Virus record (IMG/VR): IMGVR_UViG_3300036828_000568
Span: 11,159-75,158 of that record
Source: a virus
Reading direction: 5' to 3' (one strand)
DNA length: 64,000 nt
Shown: piece after piece, positions 7,703-15,720 of the stretch
How the letters are laid out: the number at the start of each line of letters is the position of its first letter
Numbering within the stretch: position 1 is the stretch's first letter
Made by a program: the position numbers and the translations under genes
The notes under the pieces: model-generated
The model's database searches: none
Told to the model about the DNA's origin: nothing
What the model saw: only the letters and a program-made list of their open reading frames with translations

Positions 7703-8518
7703 TTACCAAGTTCCCCACTCGGGCGGTGGTTCGATCTTATCGATGTGCCCGAGGTGGGTTATTGGGAAAGGTTGTGGAGCATCTTTCCCAAACTCTAGCT
7801 TGTACCACACCTGATGCAAGTGGGACAAGAATATCTTAGTAGCGTACCGACGACTACGAGCATCTATCTGTGCAGGAGGCAATTTACCTGTAAGAAGATG
7901 CTTGCGTGTTTCCGTAGGTTTCTTATAGCGTGGCAAGAGTTCCCTAGCAGTCTGTGCGTTGCCGCCGTTTTCGTTGCGCTTGATTTCATATTCCTTGCGC
8001 ACCTCATAGATCTTGCCGTAATAGCATTTGTCGTTGTTGTGGAATTTCATAAAGCATTGACCGATATGCCAGCACAATGTCTTAAGACCAGCATTCCAAG
8101 GGCGCTTTTCACCCTCGCCCCATTTGTCTGTGGGATCCAACCCGGCAAAGCGCCAGATATGCCCGGTGGAGGGGCAGACTTTGATGTCGATATGGGCGAT
8201 TAATCCGGCTGATATTACTGGCCCAATCCCAAAAATGTTCTTCATACGACGGCCAATTTCTTTGCTGTCGCTATACCGGTCAAGCGCACTACGGAGGTTG
8301 CGTTCCAGTACATCGCTCTGTACTGCCAACCAGTTCAGGATTTCGTGTGGTTCTACCACTTCTTCAGTGGTCATAGACCGGATTTGGTTATCCGACCGTT
8401 TGCGCATTTCCTGCATGATGTAATAGCTATCAACAAGGAAGCGTGCTTCCCTATCTGATAGTGTTACCGCCGCTGTCCGTAAATCACGGGACAGTCGTTC
8501 TACAGATTCTATGTCCAT
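7703..8518 (-). CDS. tasA: TIGR-associated Nop-domain RNA-binding protein, TasA-like (no RuvC or HNH domain)
   Basis: coiled-coil N-terminus, then GIGPVISAGLIAHID...GHIWRFAGLDP...WNAGLKT (IS110 C-terminal/Nop-like); AGGAG RBS favours the start at 8518 (track start 8524). Confidence 0.8.
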   Translation of the reverse strand: MDIESVERLSRDLRTAAVTLSDREARFLVDSYYIMQEMRKRSDNQIRSMTTEEVVEPHEILNWLAVQSDVLERNLRSALDRYSDSKEIGRRMKNIFGIGPVISAGLIAHIDIKVCPSTGHIWRFAGLDPTDKWGEGEKRPWNAGLKTLCWHIGQCFMKFHNNDKCYYGKIYEVRKEYEIKRNENGGNAQTARELLPRYKKPTETRKHLLTGKLPPAQIDARSRRYATKIFLSHLHQVWYKLEFGKDAPQPFPITHLGHIDKIEPPPEWGTW

Positions 8519-8805
8519 TACCATTCTCCTTTCATTGGAACATATACTCCATTACGCTCTACTAATTGAACCGGGTTCATACCCGGTCCGACACTACGTT
8601 CTGCGCACGCCCGCACGCGCGGGGGTCGTTTTACCCATAATTTCCGACCAATGAACGTGCCTAGCTGGATTGTTAACACGCATATCCAAAACAGGCCCAC
8701 TATGATTTGAGCTGCTAATTGAATTAGTAGCCCGATCAATATCAGGGTTTCGCGCGCTAGTAGAACTAGCAGCACTCCCAGTATAAAAAAGAACACCAAG
8801 GTCAT
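8518..8805 (-). CDS. small membrane protein coupled to the tasA-like gene
   Basis: long hydrophobic N-terminal half; TAATG stop/start overlap. Confidence 0.6.
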   Translation of the reverse strand: MTLVFFFILGVLLVLLARETLILIGLLIQLAAQIIVGLFWICVLTIQLGTFIGRKLWVKRPPRVRACAERSVGPGMNPVQLVERNGVYVPMKGEW

Positions 8806-9020
8806 AGTATCACCTATTCGGTGCCCCCACTTTCGCAGGGGGCTCGCGGCTTAGTCAGAATCCTTTCAGGTATCTCCACTGCCACAGGAACTGTCCCACT
8901 ATGGGGGCACCACGACAGGGCCTTACTGAAATCATAGGCGGACATTCCCTAAACTGCCGGAGTTACTATAACCGCGACCACCGGCTGCGCGGTGCTCTTA
9001 TCGAACTTAACCATGCCCTA

Positions 9021-9049
9021 ATTATACTTTACAGAAACAAGGAAAGCAA
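9021..9049 (-). promoter_or_regulatory. sigma70-type promoter for the membrane protein/tasA/array unit
   Basis: minus strand TTGCTT-N17-TATAAT. Confidence 0.75.
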
Positions 9050-9198
9050 TGCTCTTGTTTTATTTTGTTTTTCCGATTATTTCGTTCAGTTCTGCTAGGG
9101 TTTTGTCTGGAGAACTAACGACTGCACTGATTTTGCATTTTCCTGGGAATCGTATATCAAAATCCTTTATATGTTCTAACCATGATTGGATCAATTCA

Positions 9199-9363
9199 TC
9201 AGGAAGTTCTGTTATCGTCAGGATCTTCAACTTCTGCCTCCACTTTTCCTGTGCCCTCACAATGAGTGCATGGTGTAATGTCTGTAATGATAAAATTATG
9301 GGAAGTGTCCATTGTTATTACTTCACCTTCACCCTTGCAACATGGACATGTGACCTTTGGCAT
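9199..9363 (-). CDS. small DnaJ-type Zn-finger protein
   Basis: CPCCKGEG...CTHCEGTG; TAATG overlap with the upstream ORF. Confidence 0.6.
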   Translation of the reverse strand: MPKVTCPCCKGEGEVITMDTSHNFIITDITPCTHCEGTGKVEAEVEDPDDNRTS

Positions 9364-9545
9364 TATCGTCCTCCCTTCAGATGTATACTGTGATACCATT
9401 CTAATTTTGAAACAGTATCACGATAGCTCTTGTTTCCTGGAATTCCAGACAAGATTTTTAATAGCCGGTTGATTTGCATATCGGTAATACCGACCGCTCG
9501 AAATGCTTCATACATCTGTAGTGCAGTGTCATCTGATACAACCAT
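9363..9545 (-). CDS. hypothetical protein
   Basis: AGGAGG RBS; 60 aa. Confidence 0.6.
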   Translation of the reverse strand: MVVSDDTALQMYEAFRAVGITDMQINRLLKILSGIPGNKSYRDTVSKLEWYHSIHLKGGR

Positions 9546-9659
9546 AGTACCTCCTATAAAGTTGGAGCCTCCCCGTTCCGCTTACCTGCGGTCTTAAAGC
9601 GTAGGGGGAGGCCCCTGGAGTGGAGAGCACGCCACTCCCGCACAGAACCATGACAGGGG

Positions 9660-9965
9660 TCAGGAGTCCCGTGCGTTTTCTTTTTCGACCATACCACCTC
9701 CTACAGCAAATCGAGGCAGGAACCGTTTTAAAGATCCATCGAGGATATCGAGGTGGTTATGAATTCCTAGAATATCATGCATGAAATTAAAGTCACTTGC
9801 TTCTAAAAGATGCTTTAGATGCAATGGTTTGATTTCGAAGTGAACAATCCTTAATTCTGATTCTATGTATGATGATTGAACATCACGACCATACTTCTTA
9901 TACATGCGCGCGGCGCGCTCAGCAATTTGTTGTATGAGGCTGTTTTCTTCCCGGATGTTTGCCAT
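9660..9965 (-). CDS. conserved phage hypothetical protein (L..LL.A.DFNF.HDI.GI..HL....FLPRF)
   Basis: recognisable phage motif; start re-assigned to MANIREE (AAGGA RBS). Confidence 0.7.
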   Translation of the reverse strand: MANIREENSLIQQIAERAARMYKKYGRDVQSSYIESELRIVHFEIKPLHLKHLLEASDFNFMHDILGIHNHLDILDGSLKRFLPRFAVGGGMVEKENARDS

Positions 9966-10123
9966 CGTTGGTTCCTTAATTATGTTGCGAGCCCTGGAGT
10001 ACGGGGGGCGTATTTTCCAGGGCTCGCAGCCAAACGGAGTCAGAGATGTGGGTGCTGTTCCGTTTAACCATAAAAGTTTACAGCGTTGATAACCGGATGG
10101 CAATAATCTTTTGCGGTGGGGGC

Positions 10124-10152
10124 TTGTAAAATGATACAACATGTGGTACTGT
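10124..10152 (+). promoter_or_regulatory. putative promoter for the packaging operon
   Basis: TTGTAA-N17-TACTGT with extended TG. Confidence 0.45.
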
Positions 10153-10242
10153 CTTTTCCCCAACGGACGCAGTGCCAGGAGCCACGTCTCGTTGGCTTAG
10201 ACCTCTACCTACAATCAGGAGGTCTGTTCTTCCCCTTGCCAC

Positions 10243-10515
10243 ATGCCCGATCCAGTAGAAGGCGAAATTCTTGGGCCTGAGCATGACTATAACAAAGATG
10301 ACCTTTCGCCCAAAGAATTTCTCTATGCAGTTTATCGCGATAAGAAATTGCCTATGTCCGTGCGGATTGATGCGGCAAAGGCGGTCGCTGTGTATGAGCA
10401 TCCTCGCCTCCAGCAAGTAGCGAGTGATGTTACGGCAGGAGTTAAACTCATAATTGAAGGTGGACTCCCACCTCTTCCGGGCACTAACATAATAATGCCA
10501 GATGTGGAGAAGTAA
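10243..10515 (+). CDS. terminase small subunit (putative)
   Basis: SPKEFL.AVYRD...RIDAAKAVAVYEHPRL motif; immediately upstream of TerL. Confidence 0.65.
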   Translation: MPDPVEGEILGPEHDYNKDDLSPKEFLYAVYRDKKLPMSVRIDAAKAVAVYEHPRLQQVASDVTAGVKLIIEGGLPPLPGTNIIMPDVEK

Positions 10516-10662
10516 TTCCGTGGTTAATCAGACTCCCAACCTGCTCTGATCACGGTAGTTCGTAGCCCCAACTTTCCCCACCAGCCCTCCCCCCCGACCC
10601 GGCGAGTTGCTGCTACGAATACAGGGAAGCCGGGAACGCGAACCCGGCTTCCCAACCAAAAC

Positions 10663-11964
10663 ATGACAATACAACTTCCAATCCCACTACAAGGACAAAG
10701 AATTATTAGTCTGCCTCGCTTGCATCCTGGGCAGATAGAAGCTTTCCTAATGTCTGCTCGATTTAGAGCATTGCGTTGTGGGCGACGGTGGGGGAAGACT
10801 AATTTCTTAAAAGCTGTCGCCTGTGACTTCGCAGCGAAAGGTGCCCAAGTTGGATGGTTTGTCCCTAACTACCGCTATGCCTCGGAGGCGTATAGTGAAA
10901 ACGAGGTTACGCTAGAACCCGCCGTTCGAAGTTCCTCACGCAACTTGGGCACCATTCATACAACCTCTGGTGGACGAATTGAACTCTGGACTCTTGAGGA
11001 TGAAAAGGCTGGTCGTTCCCGTCGTTACCATCTGGTGATTATTGATGAAGCCGCTTTCACTAAGCCGAATGCTATCGCCATCTGGGAGAAAGCTATTAGG
11101 CCAACGCTGCTGGACTTCCGTGGCGCTGCCATCGTTGCATCAAACACTAATGGGATCAACGAGGATAATCTTTTCTGGCGCATCTGCAATTTGTCAGAGT
11201 ACGGATTCAAAGAATATCACGCACCGTCACATAACAATCCGTTCCTCCCAGCCGATGAACTCGAGCGTCTTGAGCGCGACAACCACCCCCTCGTCTATGC
11301 CCAAGAATACTTAGCAGAATTTGTCGATTGGTCAGGTGAAGCATTCTTTAGCCTGAACAATTTGTTAACCGAAGGCAAGCCAGAACCATTTCCTCAGCGG
11401 TGTCTTTATGTTTTTGCAACGATGGATACTGCTGTTAAGACTGGTAAAGAAAATGATGGTACGGGAGTTATCTATTGGGCATATGAAAGACTTGGTGAGG
11501 AGAAGTGGTTAAAGATTATTGATTATGAATATTTGCAGATTGAAGGTTCTTTGCTTGAAACTTGGCTTCCTGTAGTTTATCAGAACTTAGAAGAATATGC
11601 GAAAAAATGTGGTTCAAGGCTAGGACACCGAGGGTGCTTTATCGAAGACAAGGCCAGTGGGTCGATTCTGCTACAGCAAGCACGACGCCGGATGCTAGTC
11701 GTCAGCGAAATGCCGCAAAAGCTCACGCAGCTTGGAAAAGCGGAGCGAGCGATAAACGTCAGCGGGTACGTGTTCCAAGGCAAAGTCAAACTTCTGGAAA
11801 CGGCGTACGATAAAGTGCTTTCATATAAGCAAGTCACAAAAAATCATCTACTTGGGCAAGTGCTAGGGTTCCGTGTAGGTGATGTTGAAGATCGAGCAGA
11901 TGATCTGTTAGATGCCTTCACATACGGTATCGCAATTAGCATGGGAAATTGGGAGGGATTCTAA
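10663..11964 (+). CDS. terL: terminase large subunit
   Basis: Walker A CGRRWGKT, Walker B VIIDEAAF, nuclease MDTA...DDLLDA. Confidence 0.95.
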   Translation: MTIQLPIPLQGQRIISLPRLHPGQIEAFLMSARFRALRCGRRWGKTNFLKAVACDFAAKGAQVGWFVPNYRYASEAYSENEVTLEPAVRSSSRNLGTIHTTSGGRIELWTLEDEKAGRSRRYHLVIIDEAAFTKPNAIAIWEKAIRPTLLDFRGAAIVASNTNGINEDNLFWRICNLSEYGFKEYHAPSHNNPFLPADELERLERDNHPLVYAQEYLAEFVDWSGEAFFSLNNLLTEGKPEPFPQRCLYVFATMDTAVKTGKENDGTGVIYWAYERLGEEKWLKIIDYEYLQIEGSLLETWLPVVYQNLEEYAKKCGSRLGHRGCFIEDKASGSILLQQARRRMLVVSEMPQKLTQLGKAERAINVSGYVFQGKVKLLETAYDKVLSYKQVTKNHLLGQVLGFRVGDVEDRADDLLDAFTYGIAISMGNWEGF

Positions 11965-12557
11965 TGACCGCGATAACTGTAGATGAAACCTCGCGCGGAC
12001 AAATTGTTGCGACAGAAAATATGTTGACGAGTATTACACTAAAGTCGGTCCCTACACAATATGGAAATGATTATATCTGTTTGGTTAATCAATTTCTGGT
12101 GCAAGATGAAGATGGTAATCCTGTTGTAGTAGAAGAAAATGTATTGTTTAATCTTCACATTGCAACATCTCACGTGAGCGTTGACAGCAATCTCATGTCT
12201 GGTGGCAGAATGCGTTTTGCAAATCTCGTAGTTAAAGAAATTCCTCCTGGAAGTAGTTTTGAAGTTGAATACGAACCCATCCCAGCACCCCCAACTCTAA
12301 CTTCGATTTCACCGGATACTGCTGTGTCCGGTGATCTTGATTTTACGCTTTCTTGTATTGGCACAGGATTTGATGCCAATACAGTTATTAGATTTGGTGA
12401 TTTTGATGAACCAACAACTCTTGTTTCCGACACTGAAGTGACAACGGTAGTGAAACCTTCGTTGTTTGCGCCAGCCACAGTTCCTGTCGTCGTACATGAG
12501 GGTCCGTTTAATACGGATCCTATTGATTTTACCTTCACAGAACCTGTGGTGGAATAA
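11964..12557 (+). CDS. IPT/TIG Ig-like domain protein
   Basis: PTLTSISPDTA...GTGF...TTLVSDTEVT; TAATG overlap with terL. Confidence 0.65.
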   Translation: MTAITVDETSRGQIVATENMLTSITLKSVPTQYGNDYICLVNQFLVQDEDGNPVVVEENVLFNLHIATSHVSVDSNLMSGGRMRFANLVVKEIPPGSSFEVEYEPIPAPPTLTSISPDTAVSGDLDFTLSCIGTGFDANTVIRFGDFDEPTTLVSDTEVTTVVKPSLFAPATVPVVVHEGPFNTDPIDFTFTEPVVE

Positions 12558-12558
12558 G

Positions 12559-12891
12559 ATGGTTGCCTACGTTGTTGATAGTACCAAAGTTGGAACGGCT
12601 CTGGTGTCGGCAGCCGGAGCTATAACTTCTATTACTGTTGCTGCGGTGCCAACAACTACAGATAAGGATACCCAGGTCCGTATTACAGATGGCCTTGGAG
12701 GTCGTACTTTGGTCGCAGCTACTATATCTGCATTAGCTGCTTTGTTTGAACCAAGGCCAGGAGTTCCTCTAACTCCAGGATTAACTGCTCCAACTTTTCC
12801 TAGATCATTGTTTACTGGTTCACAAGCATTTGCAAATGGTCTCTATGTTGCGAGTTGTCCAACAGGAATGTCTTTTACAGTGAATGCATAA
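12559..12891 (+). CDS. putative virion structural protein
   Basis: Ala/Thr-rich beta-type sequence; start re-assigned to MVAYVVD. Confidence 0.55.
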   Translation: MVAYVVDSTKVGTALVSAAGAITSITVAAVPTTTDKDTQVRITDGLGGRTLVAATISALAALFEPRPGVPLTPGLTAPTFPRSLFTGSQAFANGLYVASCPTGMSFTVNA

Positions 12892-14415
12892 ATGACCTCT
12901 ATCCCATCTGGTTCAATTGATACAACTCCTGGCAATGCTTTGCAGGAGCTTCTGGTAGCTCCCGATATTGTCCCTGGAGATGTCGTGAGCTACCAGACTT
13001 GCAAAGAAATCTACTTATATCATCCATTGGGAGCACGCATTACCGAAGGTCCTGTAAGTCTTGCAATGTCGCAAAAGCGCGATATCAAGGTTCCAGACAG
13101 TCCCGGTGAATTATGTGTAGATGCCTTTAATGAGGAATGGAAGGCTCTTGGCTGCGATTTTCTTGTTCATAATCTACTTACTATTAGTCGGATTTATGGC
13201 GTGGCTAGTATCGCCCTATTGATTGATGGGTTGAAAAGCAATGTGCCAATCGACTATTGGGAGTTACCTGATCTTAATGTTTCTTTCAATGTACTTGACC
13301 CTCTTAATACTGCTGGTAGTCTGGTCCTCAATCAAAATCCTAATGCTATCGATTTTTTGAAATATACTCAGATTGCAGTTAGCGGGACTGCGTATCATCC
13401 CTCGCGTACTGTAACGGTAACGAATGAAAAGCCTATTTATCTGGGTTATACTACCTCTGCTTTTGGCTTCGTTGGGCGCTCAGCTTATCAACGCGCTTTT
13501 TATCCACTGAAATCTTACATTAAGAGTTTGATTGCTGATGATTTGGTTGAAACGAAAGTTGGTGTCCTCGTAGCGAAGACGAAACAACCCGGTAATTTCG
13601 TCGATAATATCATGGCCTGGGCGATGGCGTTCAAGCGTGCCATCGTAAAAGAGGCAGAAACTGGTAACGTAATCAATATTACACCTGAAGAAGACATTGA
13701 ATCTCTTAATATGCAGAATTTGGAAGGCCCGCACGTTCTTGCTCGTAGAAATATCTTAGAAAATATCGCGAATGCAGTTGACATGCCCGTAAAACTCCTC
13801 ACCCAGGAGTCGTTCGCAGAGGGGTTTGGGGAAGGTTCGGAGGATGCGAAGGCGGTAGCGCGATATATGGACCGACTACGGGAGGTCATGGATCCAGTAT
13901 ATCGGTTTCTTGATCGTATCGTAATGCACCGCGCCTGGACTCCTGCCTTCTTTAATAGTATAAAGAAACAATTTCCAGAAAAATATGATGGAATGTCTTA
14001 TAAAGAAGGATTTTATGAATGGGCTAATTGTTTTCAAGCTGTGTGGCCTTCTTATTTACGTGAACCTGATTCTGACCAAGTTAAGGTTGATGATACTAAG
14101 ATGAAGGCTGCTATTTCAGTTTATCAGATTTTGGAGTTTTCACTCGATTCTGAAAATAAAGCTCGTTTAATTCAATGGATTGCAGACGCAATTACGAACA
14201 ACAAGCTTTTGTATTCTAGTCCGTTAACTCTTGACTATAAGAAATTGCTGACACAATTGAAAAAAGATCAAAAAATGCGTGAACAGCAGCAAGAAATTGG
14301 CATGGAACCGGATGATCCTAGGCCAGAACTTCCAAAAGTTAAGATGGCAAGAGCAGATTCGCGTGAAAAAAGCGTAATTCATTTGCTTGAGCACCTTAGC
14401 AATGTCCCTAAGTAG
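12892..14415 (+). CDS. portal protein (DUF1073-like)
   Basis: 507 aa after TerL; SRIYG, HPSR, GFGEGSEDA motifs. Confidence 0.85.
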   Translation: MTSIPSGSIDTTPGNALQELLVAPDIVPGDVVSYQTCKEIYLYHPLGARITEGPVSLAMSQKRDIKVPDSPGELCVDAFNEEWKALGCDFLVHNLLTISRIYGVASIALLIDGLKSNVPIDYWELPDLNVSFNVLDPLNTAGSLVLNQNPNAIDFLKYTQIAVSGTAYHPSRTVTVTNEKPIYLGYTTSAFGFVGRSAYQRAFYPLKSYIKSLIADDLVETKVGVLVAKTKQPGNFVDNIMAWAMAFKRAIVKEAETGNVINITPEEDIESLNMQNLEGPHVLARRNILENIANAVDMPVKLLTQESFAEGFGEGSEDAKAVARYMDRLREVMDPVYRFLDRIVMHRAWTPAFFNSIKKQFPEKYDGMSYKEGFYEWANCFQAVWPSYLREPDSDQVKVDDTKMKAAISVYQILEFSLDSENKARLIQWIADAITNNKLLYSSPLTLDYKKLLTQLKKDQKMREQQQEIGMEPDDPRPELPKVKMARADSREKSVIHLLEHLSNVPK

Positions 14416-14578
14416 TGAAATTGGAAGATCTTTGGCTTATTTGCGGAAAAAATACAAGGTTTCTGAGCGGGATCTAGTGTCTTTAGCGAAAAAGTTGTCA
14501 CAAACAGAAGAACAAGAAGAAAGTTGGGAAGAAATCACCCAAAACTATCTAAAACATAGAAAAAACAGGAAAAGGTAA
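14402..14578 (+). CDS. hypothetical protein
   Basis: short ORF overlapping the end of the portal gene. Confidence 0.4.
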   Translation: MSLSSEIGRSLAYLRKKYKVSERDLVSLAKKLSQTEEQEESWEEITQNYLKHRKNRKR

Positions 14579-14686
14579 GAAATTGCCTTCATAAGAAGGG
14601 GTGTGGTAAAGTAAAAATGCCCCCACTGAACAGAACTCACTTACCTGGGGCGAATGCACCTGAAATCTTCACAAAAGGAGTATCTT

Positions 14687-15283
14687 ATGACTGGTATTCT
14701 AGCATACATCTTCCCGGTTGGTGGTGGACCGGTTGATCCTGGCTTTGGCGTGCCCGGATGGCCTGCTCATCCGATTGCGCCGGGTGGTCAGCCGCCCGGT
14801 ATCTGGGGCGGCCCTGGATCGTTGCCACCGTGGGTGATGCCACCTATTGCTCCTGGTGGTATGCCTCCGGGCATCTGGGGTGGTCGTCCACCGTCTTATG
14901 TTGATATCGGACTTCCTGGTCCGCAGCCAGTACCTGGATGGCCTCCAGTCATAATGCCACCGATCTACTATCCTCCTGGCGGTGGTGGTTCCCCTCCGGG
15001 CATTTGGGGCGGCGCTGGCTCGTTGCCGCCGTGGGTCATGCCGCCAATTTTCATCCCGATTCCTCCGGGAGAAAAGCCTCCGGAGCCCGGTAATGGCTTG
15101 ACACCATCACATCCAATTGTGATCCCACCTCCGGCGGGTGGTGGTGGCGGTGATAAGCTGTTGGTGCATGTCTATATCCCGGGAGCCGGTGGAGTCTGGT
15201 TCCTAGTTGAAGGTCCACCGCCAGCTCCGACACATCCGATTGTAGAGCCGTCACCTCCGGCACAGCCGAAGCGTGGTGGGTGA
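14687..15283 (+). CDS. Pro/Gly-rich repeat protein
   Basis: AAGGAG RBS; PPGIWGG x3, HPI/MPPI repeats. Confidence 0.7.
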   Translation: MTGILAYIFPVGGGPVDPGFGVPGWPAHPIAPGGQPPGIWGGPGSLPPWVMPPIAPGGMPPGIWGGRPPSYVDIGLPGPQPVPGWPPVIMPPIYYPPGGGGSPPGIWGGAGSLPPWVMPPIFIPIPPGEKPPEPGNGLTPSHPIVIPPPAGGGGGDKLLVHVYIPGAGGVWFLVEGPPPAPTHPIVEPSPPAQPKRGG

Positions 15284-15405
15284 GGAAGTAATATTTCGAC
15301 CACAGTGAGACCTTTCCCACCTCACTGTGTAAACTCGATGGGTCACGGAACGCCCTTAATCCCGCTGCAAACGGCTATCCGTGACCCCTTTCCCCGGAGG
15401 TCAAA

Positions 15406-15720
15406 ATGCCATTGACTGAAAAGGGTGAAAAAATTAAATCTGCGATGACCAAGCAATATGGTCCCGAAAAAGGTGAACAAGTTTTCTATGCTTCCAAGAA
15501 CGCAGGGCGAATTACCGGGGTAGATGATTTTCAACATATGGGGTTCACTGGTGGTGAAGCCAAACCGATTAAGGATTTGATTTCTGAATGTGATGCGCTT
15601 GCAACCCGGTTAGATGCTTTTGAAAAACGCAAATCAATGCGTAAGCCTGAACAAGTTAAGCCGAGGACCAAAGACAATATGCAGCCATCTATGCCCCACC
15701 CTAAGGAACCGGGTGGATGA
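15406..15720 (+). CDS. conserved phage head-region protein (MPLT.KG.KI..AM..QYG..KGE.VFYAS.N.G.I)
   Basis: GGAGG RBS; recognisable motif. Confidence 0.75.
   Translation: MPLTEKGEKIKSAMTKQYGPEKGEQVFYASKNAGRITGVDDFQHMGFTGGEAKPIKDLISECDALATRLDAFEKRKSMRKPEQVKPRTKDNMQPSMPHPKEPGG

Noticed and set aside
6586-7814. Plus-strand ORFs with GSL/GTL hexapeptide, WYS/WLA or MVL/MAR repeats that look like a beta-helix protein
   Set aside because: All three frames look repetitive because of the 18-bp period. Frames are broken by +2, +1, -4 and +1 indels and by a stop, there is no clear RBS, and they are antisense to the flanking genes. A non-coding array fits better.
7703-8524. IS110 transposase / insertion sequence
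   Set aside because: Lacks the N-terminal DEDD RuvC-like domain and the catalytic SG motif; it sits in a phage operon next to a guide-like array
9060-9260. 66 aa minus-strand ORF
   Set aside because: Substantial overlap with the Zn-finger gene and no convincing start or RBS
12892-14415. Anti-CBASS Acb1 label sometimes given to DUF1073-like proteins
   Set aside because: Size and position between terminase and head genes indicate a portal; no paired HxT phosphodiesterase motifs noticed
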